NCBI GenBank assembly: GCA_002269645.1
Contig: NIVC01000049.1
Coordinates: 186,001-250,000, forward strand
Source of the DNA: Macrostomum lignano
Taxonomy: Eukaryota
Direction of reading: 5' to 3'
DNA length: 64,000 nt
In this document: piece after piece, positions 47,359 through 64,000 of the stretch
Layout: every line of letters begins with the position of its first letter
Position numbering within the stretch: position 1 is the stretch's first letter
Position numbers and translations under genes: made by a program
The notes under the pieces: generated by a model
Seen by the model: the letters and a program-made list of their open reading frames with translations, nothing else
The model's database searches: none
Told to the model about the DNA's origin: nothing

Positions 47359-48887
47359 TTAATCAAACGGATAGGCTGTCGACGATACAGTCCATGTAAC
47401 GCTAGAACTACCGATTGCGCTACTTGTAGTACTATCAGTAGTAGTAGAAGCAGTAGTTGTCGGCTGTATAGTTGTAGCCGGTACAAGGGTTGTGGGCACC
47501 ACTGTGTTGGAACAGTTCACAATCTGTACAGCCGAGATTGTGGCCTCCTCCTTGTGGTCCAGCATGTAGCTGGAGGTTACGGCGAAGTTGAATCGCAGGT
47601 AGACCAAATTCTCGTCCGTGGGTAGGGAGCAGAACCGGCTGGGTGAATGGGGAAGCATGGGATTGGGACTTCTGCTCAATTGGTGCTCTTCATCATAAGT
47701 CAAAAATAGTCTTAAGGGTGGATTCTCAATAAAGATAAATATCGTATCAAGGTGAGATTTTTTAATCTGAGTAAGTCTCAAGGGTGAGATTCGCAATGAA
47801 GATAAACACAATCTCAAGGGTGAGATTCTCAATGAAGATAAACATAATCTCAAGGGTGAGATTCTCAATGTAGATGAACAATCTCAAGGATGAGATTCTC
47901 AATGAAAATTAACATAATCTCAAAGATGAGATTCTCAGTGAAGATAAGCACAATCTTAAAGGTAAGATTCTCAATGAAGATAAACACAATCTCAGGGGTG
48001 AGCTTCTCAATGATGATTAACATAATCTTAAAAGATTCTCAATGAAGATAATCACAATCTCAAGAATGAGATTCTGAATGAAAATTAACATAATCTCAAA
48101 GGTGAGATTCTCAGTGAAGATAAACACAATGTCAGGGGTGAGATTCTCAATAAAGATAATCATAATCTTAAGGGTGAGATTCTCAATGAAGATAAACGTA
48201 ATTTCAAGGGTGAGATTCGCAATGAAGATAAACATAATCTCAAGGGTGAGATTCTCAATAAAGATAAACATAATCTCAAAGGTGAGATTCTCAATGAAGA
48301 TAAACATAATCCCAAGGGTGAGATTCTCAATGTAGATGAACAATCTCAAGGGTGAGATTCTCAATGAAGATAAACACAATCTCAAGGGTGAGATTCTCAG
48401 TGAAGATAAGCACAATCTCAAGGTGAGATTCTCCCTACACACAAGACTCACACAAGAGACTCGGTGCTGTCAGTGGCAACCCTACAGACCAGCCGAGACG
48501 AAAGCAGGTGCAACGATCTCGGCCCAACGCTGGTTGTCAGAGTGTCATTGGCGGTCTCGCACAGGCTGGTGTCTCCGTAGGCAATGGACATTTCAATTTT
48601 GGTAACCGTGATAGAAAAATAATTATCGTTAGTTAAATTAACATGATTTTGTATGTCCATTGTCATTACTCGCTCTCTGTGGCTAAAGTACACAGCATAC
48701 GGTTGTAACAGAGGCTTAGTGGAAGTTAGAACAATTGATCTCGGCAATAGAAAGAACAATGAGCAGAAGGTGCCAATGAGCAGCAGCAGGCAGATGCTCA
48801 CAGTGACACCAATCCATAGTACAGTGCGTCTAGGTTTCAGCCGCTTGTCAGACAGTGGGATCAGGGCGACGTACTCGCGTTCTGAGT
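47359..48887 (-). CDS. TMEM106: TMEM106-family protein, last two exons (48887-48452 and 47638-47359); N-terminal exon not located
   Basis: YVALIPLSDKRLKPRRT, TM helix, FFLLPRSI, NDNYFSITV, FC...TSSY..H.E...S.VQ.VNC; GT-AG intron with matching phase 2. Confidence 0.85.
47774..48432. repeat. 36-bp intronic minisatellite (TCTCAAGGGTGAGATTCTCAATGAAGATAAACATAA)
   Basis: Directly visible inside the TMEM106 intron. Confidence 0.9.
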
Positions 48888-49814
48888 CTGGGTTGAATGT
48901 AGTACAAGTAAACAAACTTTTACATGTAAATGAACATATCAAGTATGTAAAATGCAAAATATTGAAAAAGGAAAACATGCAAATAAGATTAATATGATTC
49001 TTTAAAATTAACTTAGTGTTTATAATTTCTGATCAGGTTTCTTTTATCTAGACTACTTATAGTAAGTAGTTTTGCGGATTATATGAGTATTTTAAAGTTA
49101 TAAAATAAGAATATAGGTGAATAATAATATTAGTATTAAAAATTCAAACATTAATTCTTACCTGTTAGTGATGTGAAATTCATTGAATATGCCTTCTAAT
49201 ATTGATTGACTCTTAACATTTTTTAAATTACTGGATGGGAAATCCTTGTTTTTTCTTCCCATTATACTTAGCTTGTACGAGTATATAAAACAGATATAAA
49301 TAAAGCTAAATAAAAATTATCACTTTTTTTAGCATATAAATTTCTTTATTTCTCCTTCATCTTTATTTAGTGGAAATAGGATTAGCATAAAGGTTAAATA
49401 ATGCTAGACAGTTGTTCCTTAAAGAAAAATGGGATTCAACAAGTTATCTAAATATACTATACTTATCTAATAATTAATATAGATATATTTATTAACTATC
49501 TAAAGCAACCACAATAAAAAGAGCACTGTGAACTTAAGAGACTAAATGGAGCCCAAAATATTTGGTCCCAATTTCTCCATGCCAATCCCTACATTTGGAG
49601 CCAAATAGCTCCTGTTATGCCTAAAACTGACCACTTTAGAATTCGGGGATCTCTGTGGGGAGAAATGGGGATTTCATGTGAACTTAAGACTTTAGAATGG
49701 AGTCTGAAGCATTGGGTCCCAGTTTCTCTATGCCAATCCTTTCATTTGGAGCTTCAAATGCTTAAATAACGAAATGACCATGATAAATGCTCTTTTTATA
49801 TGTTTGTATGAAGG

Positions 49815-51352
49815 AATGAATTGCGCGACTTCGTGAACGCACCCGCGTCACCGCTGCCTGCTAGTTTTGCGCTCCCACTGGACACGCCGCTCCCAGATGA
49901 GGAGGACTTCTGCACCAGACCAGTCACCACGGAGGACGTTGTGCTTTTCGCTCGGAAAGCATCAGGCGGCAAGGCGCTCGGCCCCGACGAAGTTCCGGTC
50001 GAAGTGCTGCGGCTCCCCTGTGTGGCCTCCCAGGTCACAGGCGTCATGAACCGCGTGCTCGCCGGCGCTCCTGCGCGGCCTGCGCCCACCGAGTGGACCG
50101 TCGCACACATCGTGCTGATCCCGAAGAAGGCAGGGACAACGCGGAAAGAAGACCACCGCGGGATCTCGCTGATGTCCTGTACGGCAAAGCTCTTCAACCG
50201 GCTGCTGCTCGATCGCCTGCAGTCGGTGCTGGACCCATACCTGCGGTACGAGCAGAACGGATTCCGGCCGCAACGCGGTACAGTGACACAGATCCTCGCA
50301 CTCCGCCGTGTCATCGAGGAGGCGCACATCCGCCCAGTCTACGCTGATCATTGTCTTCGTTGACTTTCGAAAGACGTTTGACTCGGTGTCGTCGCTTCCC
50401 TTTGACCTTCGATCCTACCGGGTCCCGCATCAGCTAATCGACCCTGTATTGCGATACTCGAGCTGCTGTGGTGACGGCGGATGGCCTGTCTGACCTGTTC
50501 GATACTTCATTGGGAGTTCTGCAAGGCGACACGCTAGCACCGTTTCTCTTTGTGCTGCTGCTGGACTGGGTGCTTCGGACTGCACTCCCCTCGGCTGACG
50601 ACGGCTTCCTATTGCGCAGACGCATCGGTCGACGCTACGGCGAAAAGCGCCTGAGCGTGCTTGGCTACGCCGACGACCTCGCCCTTCTGTCCTCGTCCGT
50701 TGAAGGTGCCCAGCGCCAGATCGACAGGCTGGTCGAGGTGGCATCGAGAGTCGGTCTGGTTGTCAACACGCTGAAGACCGAGGTGCTGACTGTGCCGGCC
50801 GACATCCCAGCGGACCTGACCTGCCGCAGCGCAGACAGGCAGACGACCAGGCTCGCACGCTGTCAGCGGTTCACCTACCTCAGCGGTCTGGTGCCTCACG
50901 TGGAGGAAGACCTCCGGCGGCGCAGAGGACTAGCCTGGGCGGCCTTCCGTTCGATCCGGGCCGTCGTCCAGTCCGAGACGTGGACGCTGACGGCTACGCT
51001 GGAGCGACAGCTGGACTCAACGCACTCATGGCTGCTCCGTGCGGCCTTTCGAGCTGACCAGAGCGTCGGGACCGAGGCCCTGTACGATCGGGCCAAGCTG
51101 CAGCGCCCGTCCACCATCCTGCGCCGGCGGCCACTTCAACTGGCGGGCCACGTGATCCGGGCCGAGGGCTACTGCCCCCAACCTGTTCAGGACGTTCTGC
51201 TGTTCACCTTGCAGGGCCCGTTCAGGCGGGGTCAGGCCTGAACCCGTCGATACATGGACTGCCTCCTACGCGACGCCGGGGCGCCAGACACTGCCAACGG
51301 GGCAAGCTTTGTGAATTTGCTTGTGGGGCTGCGTAATTTGTTGTTGTTGTTG
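49815..51352 (+). mobile_element. 5'-truncated, frameshifted RTE-clade LINE (RT domain), same family as 21936-22788
   Basis: KALGPD, HRGISL, QNGFR, VDFRKTFDSV, GVLQGDTLAP and YADD motifs; (TTG)n tail. Confidence 0.9.
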
Positions 51353-51949
51353 TAATGATAGTTCCGTGAGTAGTAAATGTGGTTCTTTAAATCAAGAGAC
51401 AATGTTAGAGCTGACATAGTGCAAAATGCAAGATATGTGTGTGCTTTTTTCGACTCAGCTGGAGATGTACTGCTTTTTGTATCTAAAACCCTAACCTGTT
51501 TCCGGACATTTCCAAAGGAAATATAATTGAATGAATTCACTCTTGGGTTGGTGTTTTTGATCCACTGTTGCAAGGAAAGAAGCTAATGCTGCTTGTTGGT
51601 GACCATACATATTCTATTGGCCCAAAAGGGACTGTCACCATGCACAGACTTGCGCCTACTCTTCTCACAAGAATGCCAATGTTATCAAGAAAATGGCTTT
51701 GGTTAATAGTCGCAGTCATATTAACTACTAATACCTGATGACTGGTTCAATCTCACTAGCGCTTGGAGATTGGAATCTAGTTGTACTGCAAGTGAAGATG
51801 GAATCAGATAAGGTAATTGAGCCCAATCTCCTGCACCTTCTTTGCTGTGCCTCAAGGGACTATCACATTGTTGCCATGTTTGACAAAGGCTATTATTGCC
51901 AACCCTGCTCTCCTACCAATATCAATTTTGTTGACTTTGTACATTAGGC

Positions 51950-53020
51950 AAGTGAAGGAAGAATGCTTTTAATGTTTTCTCACTGGCTCAGGGCCTATGA
52001 AATGTAGATAACCACTGCACCTATAATTATTTGTGGATTATGGAAAGAAGTCCTCTTGCCCCAACTCTGGCCAATCTGTGTTTAGCCCACTGGGAGAAAG
52101 AATGGATGGCTCTTGACTGTGCTCCTACTTTTTACAAGGGCTATGTTGATAATACTTTTGCTGTTTTTGATAACCATGCTAAGCATGTTGAGTTTTTAAA
52201 TGCATTAAATTCTACTCATGAAAATATTAAGTTTACTATTGAGATTGGAAAGAATAAGAAGCTTCCTTTTTGGATGTTAAAGTTGATCTTAGTAGTGACT
52301 TGATTTCTACTTAAGTGTATTGCAAACCAACTTTTACTGGCCTTTTGCTGAACTACAATGCTCTTTGTCCAAGGCAGTGGAAACTTGGTCTGATCAAGTG
52401 CATGCTTCATCAGGCTTTCTCTATCTGCAGCTGCTGGCCGAGCTTTCATTGTGAGGTTGAAACTCTGTCAATTTTTTTCTTTCCAACAGTTATCCCCAAA
52501 AATTGCTGGACTATATGATCAATAGTTTTGTCAGTGAGAAAGTTACTGGAAAGAGTAAGTCTAAGTGCAATGAAGATGCAAACACAAATTATCCTCTGAT
52601 TGTTCTTCCTTTTCTTGGCCTTCTGTCTATGCAGTTCAAGAAGAGACTGGAAAAACTGTTTTGGAAAGGGTTTGAATGTTGCATGAGAATTGTCTTCCAT
52701 ACTAACAAGATTAGCCAATACGTGACCAAGCTAAAGTCCTCTGTTCCTCAGGCTCTATGTGCTGATGTTGTCTATAAATTTAACTGTTCCAGTGATTGGA
52801 GCATTTCTTACATTGGAAAAACTAAAAGACACTTGCACACCAGGGCCAGAGAACATTGGCTAAAAACTCAGCCATATATGAACACCTTCTTGGCTGTGAT
52901 TAGTGCTGTAGGAGTGAGCCTATTGATTATTTAACATTATTGATTGCAGCAACTCTGATTTTAAAATAACTATTCTTGAAGCTTTGCAAATTAAGAAACA
53001 GAATCCTAGTTTGAACATGC
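51950..53020 (+). mobile_element. Decayed Penelope-like element (RT C-terminal half plus GIY-YIG endonuclease)
   Basis: SPLAPTLANL, YVDNTF, NIKFTIE, VYCKPTFTG, VVYKFNC...YIGKTKRHLHTRAREH and EALQIKKQNPSLN across frameshifts. Confidence 0.85.
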
Positions 53021-53439
53021 AACTTACATACAGTGGTGCAGGCCACCTTCTGAGGGTGTTCTAGACTGCACTCTCTACTTGGACTCTGATTGGCCCTGAT
53101 TTGCTCACAAGCCCCAGCCCATTTTGATCTGAACTACACAGTGACATTTAATCCCCTATTGGTATTTTGTACACTTTGCAATAATTACAAATTTAATTTT
53201 GTAAAATTTCACTTGCAATAAAATAAAATAAAATTGCTGCTTGAAAATGGTCCATGTTGACCAAAACACATTGCAAATTTAGGAAGAAATACATTAAATT
53301 TTGATTTTAAGCTTTCTATCCAATCATCTAAAATTGTCATTTATAGACACAATTTATTGTCTATTATTTTTTTGGCCTGCCACCTCAGCCTAGTCTTCCA
53401 ATCTAGCTTGCACTAAAAAAGTTTGCCAACCCCAGATCT

Positions 53440-53775
53440 AAAGCATATGTTGGTAAACTTTGGCTTCTACCTCTCTTTATTTCCTTTGGGTTTTTTTGAA
53501 ACCTTTCTTCTCTCTTTCTTTTCTTGTTTCATCTTTTCTCTCCTTTTCTTATCTTTTCTTTTATCTTTCCTCTTTTTCATCTCATCTCTGCTTTATCCTC
53601 TTTACTTTTCTTTTTTGTTTCTGTTCTCTTTTTTATACTATTTTTTTCTAATCTTTGCTTTTGCACCTCTTTTTTCTCCATTGCTCTCTTTTATCTTTCT
53701 TCTCTATTTTCTTGTTTCTTCTTTCTACCTTTTGCTTTTACAACTCTCCTTTTTCCTTTATTCTGGCTTCTCTGA
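53440..53775. repeat. Low-complexity pyrimidine (T/C) tract
   Basis: Directly visible. Confidence 0.8.
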
Positions 53776-55222
53776 ATAGAAATACTCTCATGGACTGTCT
53801 TCAATAAAATTGAATAAATGATTAAAAATGAAACAAAGCAAAAATAACATTATATTGGCTAGGCTAAGTTGTGCATGTATAAGCCTAATAGGAATATTTT
53901 GATTTTGTTCTTTTATTAAATTTTAAGTTATTGATAAATATAAAACTTTATTATATAATTATAGTTTAAGACTAACATAGAACTAACAAATATAAAAAAC
54001 TATAAAAAATTCTATATCAAGCCCACACTCAGGAAGGTATACATAATGATAGAAAATTCTGGCGTATATCAACAAAAAGGTGCGCAAAGTGGCACACACG
54101 GCGCATAACAAAGGCTTAGTAAAAATTTTAAGCGCATAGTGGCACACAGCAAAAGCTGATCAGAAAAACTTAGCTTACAATGAGTCACCTAAATGTATAA
54201 TCTGCATATGCAGTGTATAAAATAAGCTTTTAGATTACATTTTTTCCAAGCATAACAATTAAAAAATTGTTTCTTGGTAAGTGAAATGAATTATAAAATT
54301 CAAATTGGGATTTTACCATAAAGTTTAAGCTAATTCTTTTGACAAATTTCTATATGAGCTAAAATAAAGCACAAAGTTTTGAGTTAAAAAAACCTACAAA
54401 AGATATGAAAATTTTTCTGTTTTTTATTTTTGTTTTAATAGGACTTTTACTAAGTTTTTTATTGCTACAGCACATTAGTACTCTAGCTATGTATTTTTCA
54501 ATAAACAAATGTAGGCCTTAGCACACACAAATTCATTTTTAGCTTTGCGCACAGTGCACACTCCAAAAATATGCTAAAATATATTCTCGTGCACAAGTGA
54601 CACCGGCATTCCTTTGGTTTACGATCATTTTTCCACCCACATTTCGGTTCACGATCCCCATATAATTTTTCATATAAATGATCATAGCTTGCTTGAAATA
54701 AACAAAAATTGTTAAACTTAGCTTATTCGTTACATTAGAAAAAACTGAACGGAATAGCCGACAAATGGTTTCTTTAATGGCATTGCGATGACGAGGATCC
54801 TATATATCCACTTTGGTTCATGATCATTTACATGTATTTCTTCAATTTAAATGATCGTGAACCAAAGCTAAGGGGGGTGTCGAAGATATATGTAGTCATA
54901 TATTTATTTGTTGGCTTGTTGGCAATTGAAATGTCATCTTGAGTTAACGTGCGCTCCCAAGTAACTTGATGCTTTATTATTCTCTGCATGCTGCCATCCC
55001 CTCTCAGCTTCGGTTTACGATCATTTACATGTATTTCGGGGGGCAAACGGCAACTTAAACCGAGGGACTCTGTGACATCCGCCAGCTTTTCGTTTTTCGA
55101 GGAGGCTCTTCCCCCTCCTTTTCGTTCTGGCCTGGCGTGGAAGCGGCTAGCTTCCTCGTCTTGGTCTGCTGGTGGGGGACGGATCCCCCCTGCTGCTTTT
55201 TTGCGGGGCAGGTGGCTGCTAA

Positions 55223-60326
<5,104 letters not shown>

Positions 60327-60417
60327 TCCTTGTGCTCTTTTACCTTGGGGTTGCGATAGGGGCCTCGCGGCCTATTCGCGGCGCCTGCGCCCCCCGTCAG
60401 TAGTAAGTAAGTAAGTA

Positions 60418-60720
60418 CATGTATTTCTGCCATTTAAATGATCGTAAACCGAAGTGGATATAAAGGATCGTCTTCATGGAACAGTTCTGAGATGTGAAAT
60501 GGTACACTAAAACCCCCTACTTTTGGTTTACGATCATTTACTTGTATTTCTGCCATTTAAACGATCGTAAACCGAAGTGGATATATAGGATCATCTTCAT
60601 AGAACAGTTCTGAGACGTGAAATGGTACACTAAAACCCCCTACCTTCAGTTCACGATCATTTACATGTATTTCTGCCATTTAAATGATCGTAAACTGAAG
60701 TGGATATATAGGATCCTCTG
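60418..60720. repeat. About 123-bp tandem units, each with an internal inverted repeat related to the host element TIR
   Basis: Units start near 60418, 60541 and 60665; ATGATCGTAAACC...GGTTTACGATCAT within each. Confidence 0.85.
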
Positions 60721-63432
60721 CATGGAACAGTTCTAAAACGAGTTCTGTAACGAGCAACTCTTTCAATTTGATGAATGTATGCGAATGAATAGATCTCTTT
60801 GCATCGTTTCATTCTGGTTGGCATTCGATCATTTGATGACAGAAAAATAAAAAGGCTTGGAGTGATTTTCAGTGCTGTTTTAAAAATTGATTAAAAAACA
60901 CGAATTTCTTACTCTTGCGTATCTTTCTTATGGGGATCGTCACCAATTTCAGGGATCGTAAACCGAAGGAATGCCGTGACACCTTCCTAAGTGTGGCAAA
61001 TAGCCAAGTATATTTGTTGTTCAACAAAAAGGTAAGCCATGTCAAGTACTGCCATGTCATAATATACAAGCCCTAGGGCCTAGGCTTGCCTTGCTTAGTC
61101 TAGGACTAAGTCCTAAGATTAAGATCAAAAGAAAAATATCTAAGCTAGGCCTAGATAACACTTTTACAGAATTTTTTTAAATCAATGAATCTAACATAGA
61201 AAATCAATAAATTCAATAACTTAAATTCAGGTTACACAGCAATAAGTTTCTTACAATCAGAGAATTGTATAAAATTTACCTCGAGGTACTTTTCCAGTTC
61301 CATTGCATGTTGGACAGTTCACTCCAGTAACTAGCTCTTCATATTGGGGCATACTATGATTGACAGAATCATTCTCTAAGCTGGAAGATTGCATTTTCTA
61401 AAGTTTATTTCTATCAAGTATATTTACTAAAAAATAATCCTTTATACTACTGATTACGTAGCGTTTTCTATATAAAAGTTTATAGAAGTAGCTCTGAGCC
61501 TTTAACGACAAAATACAATAACTGCCTACAACTAGCCACTAGAAACTGTTAACCGGTAAGTTTATTGCTTCAAAAGTTTATTTTAAATAGGCTTTTCAAT
61601 AATTTTTTCGCTCAGTCCTCAGTTACGTAAACCTCGGCTGTTATTTGGATCTTCACTGTGGGTTACCAACCAAATTTAATTTTTTATGTCTGCTTTCGAA
61701 GAAAAACTATACTTTTGAATTTTAAAGTTATAAAGTTTAACAAATATGAACTATGAATTTTCGTTAATAACTTACTCGAAATATAAAATTTTACTACGAG
61801 CAGAGAGAAATTAAGTTATTTTTTTGAAAGAATTTATTGAAACATTTTAAAATTCTAGCAACCTTTCGCAATTCCTTTACCTGTATACAGACAATAATTA
61901 TGTTAATTTGTAGTGAACTTGTACTAAACCTTCACTAACTTACCGACCGTATGCAGACAAAATTTCATTCTAGAAATTTTCGCTACAAGTTCTGGCAAAA
62001 CTAACTAACATGTAGATATAAAGCACTCGCAATCAAACGGTTCTCACTTTCCGCCCTACCTTGAGAGCTCTAGTCAACAAACCTAAGAACCTTCACGCCT
62101 CGTTTATTTTGTTTGCTCCTTACAAATTTCGTTGATATCCTATTTGGTGATATGATTGTTTACCAAGTATACGCTCGTACTTCCCGTCAAAACCCCAACA
62201 ATGATTTTTACATATTAGAGGGGCTAATGGGGAGGGTATAATTGTGTAGTCGCACTTTATTTTGGAATAGATATTCCAATAATTGAGCTATCATTACAAT
62301 CCTACTCAATCCTATTGAGTAGTCCTTTAATTACATATGATTCCAATTGTACCACTACCATGCACAATCAAAACTTCAAAGACCCGAACGTGGCCTTGAA
62401 ATAATTAAAATTAAAAACAGTAATGCGCCTTTATTAACAGAAACATTTTTATCGACAGTTTTGCAATAAAGGTATGTAATTGCACTTGAAAAGCACTCTC
62501 TTTTATAAATCAAGTTGATATTAAAAAGCCTAAAGTTAGATATTGAAAAATAGACGATTTTTGTTAAATCAAAAAGTATTTAGTTGAAAAAATCTGCTAG
62601 AAGAGATTTTGGCGCAAATGGTGCGCCAAATATTTTTATTCTCAGTTTAAGTCTGTAGTTTCCTCTGATAATTAATTGAATTCATTTTACAGTACGAATT
62701 GTTGGTTCCGTTAAAATGATGAGAAGCTGTCGAAAAATAGCTAGGGCTTCAATAAAAAATAGATGCTGAAAATATATATGGGTAATTGTGTAAGAAAAGG
62801 ACGAAGGACTATACTAACAATGTAGCTATTGAGTATCAAGCGCTCCTATTTTAGCATACTGTCTAGTCTGTCTATATGCCTATGGTATTGTCAAGGACCA
62901 CTGTCAAGGACCAATCCTTGGGTATTGTGTTGCATGTCACATCCCCCCCCCCTCGCTTGCACATGGTGCAGGTGTTTATGGTATTTGTGTTGCATGTGAA
63001 TATCTCCCATATAATTTAAAAACCAAAAGTTTACAAAAATCGATTATTGTCATAAACGTGCGACATGAAAAGTAAGAAAATTGGTTGTGCAGATTAGCAA
63101 AAATCAGTTTAAACACAGGAAAAATCTACTCAACAAGCTAGAGAACGATCGACCAGCGGTGAATACGATTGTACAATATTATAACAAAACTGGTCATGTA
63201 AATGAAATAAATAGTATAGGTACACAGAAGAATAAATAGAGATAGAGCTTTATAACTGTGTTCCTTATATATAGGTTAGAAAAGGAAAAATACCATAAAA
63301 ACTGAGATTACAAACTTCTGTCCAAGAAGGTGTCCGTAAAAATGTTCTTTAATTTCCTTTTTTCCTCCGAGTCTCTCTATTCGGACGGTTTTATAAACTA
63401 TAGGAATTCCATCAAGTGACGTCATGGGTAAA

Positions 63433-63512
63433 TCAGAAGTAGGTCAGATCTCTGGTGTCGTGCCTGCCGAACTGTCTCAGACTGATGTCACCTTCGGGAT
63501 CGGCTGGTGGCT
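63433..63512 (-). CDS. Possible terminal exon of a gene that starts beyond the window (EPPADPEGDISLRQFGRHDTRDLTYF*)
   Basis: Strong polypyrimidine/AG acceptor and a GC-richer open frame to TGA in an AT-rich background. Confidence 0.35.
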
Positions 63513-63839
63513 CTAAAAACATAAAGAGAAAAACATCTTAGTTTCAATTGACATTATTGAGAGCATTAGTTTTGATAGCAAACAACAGTTGTAGGCAGAT
63601 AGAAGTTGACAGACACTGCAATTTTGACAAAAATTATAGTAGATTTTTTAATTACTATACGAGCGCGTAAATTTTTGTATACGATCCCTACTTATAAACA
63701 GATCGACAAGTGAAAACGGTTTTATAGCACATCTATATTCAATAAAAAATAAATTTCTATTGATAATAATCTATTAATCAAAGAGTACAGAATGAAAGCT
63801 TTCGGTGATAAAAATAGGTCACTTATAAACTTTATGGGG

Positions 63840-64000
63840 GTCACTGTGGTCGAAGGCGCTGCAGGATCAAGGAGAGTCACTGGCGGGAAGGCACTGAAGG
63901 ATCAAGAGGGGTCACTGGCGGGAAGGCACTGCAGGATCAAGGAGAGTCACTGGCGGGAAGGCACTGAAGGATCAAGGAGAGTCACTGGCGGGAAGGCACT
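63840..64000. repeat. 35-bp tandem repeat running off the window end
   Basis: Directly visible (CACTGCAGGATCAAGGAGAGTCACTGGCGGGAAGG). Confidence 0.9.

Noticed and set aside
48017-48605. Hydrophobic or basic repeat ORFs
   Set aside because: Translations of the 36-bp intronic repeat of TMEM106
53423-53779. Phe/Leu/Ser-rich multi-pass membrane ORFs
   Set aside because: Low-complexity pyrimidine tract

Overview
Eukaryotic (metazoan) genomic DNA, very rich in repeats and mobile elements. The element families, short introns and intronless GC-rich genes resemble a flatworm such as Macrostomum (inference only). Host genes: an intronless integrin alpha broken by one frameshift (1550-5079); an 8-exon type I membrane protein gene invisible to the ORF track (10165-12292); two inverted paralogues of a GT32 glycosyltransferase, one with an in-frame TGA; an FkbM-family methyltransferase; and the last two exons of a TMEM106 gene. 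Mobile DNA: a near-complete Ty1/copia element; three copies of an I-group LINE (APE-RT-RNase H), one full-length with a 12-bp TSD; two RTE-clade LINE fragments; a decayed Penelope-like element; a MITE-like element with a 6-bp direct repeat; and two adjacent 742-bp TA-flanked inverted-repeat cassettes, each carrying an HTH-only ORF. The most striking feature is an 8.3-kb Polinton/Maverick-like endogenous virus (25878-34177) with long TIRs and a 6-bp TSD. It encodes integrase, capsids, protease and an ATPase remnant, has no protein-primed polymerase, and has non-canonical AC...GT termini. It is the innermost layer of a LINE > LTR-like > Polinton nest. Many frameshifts fall in homopolymer runs and may be long-read errors. 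No database searches were run; family calls rest on motifs recognised by eye.
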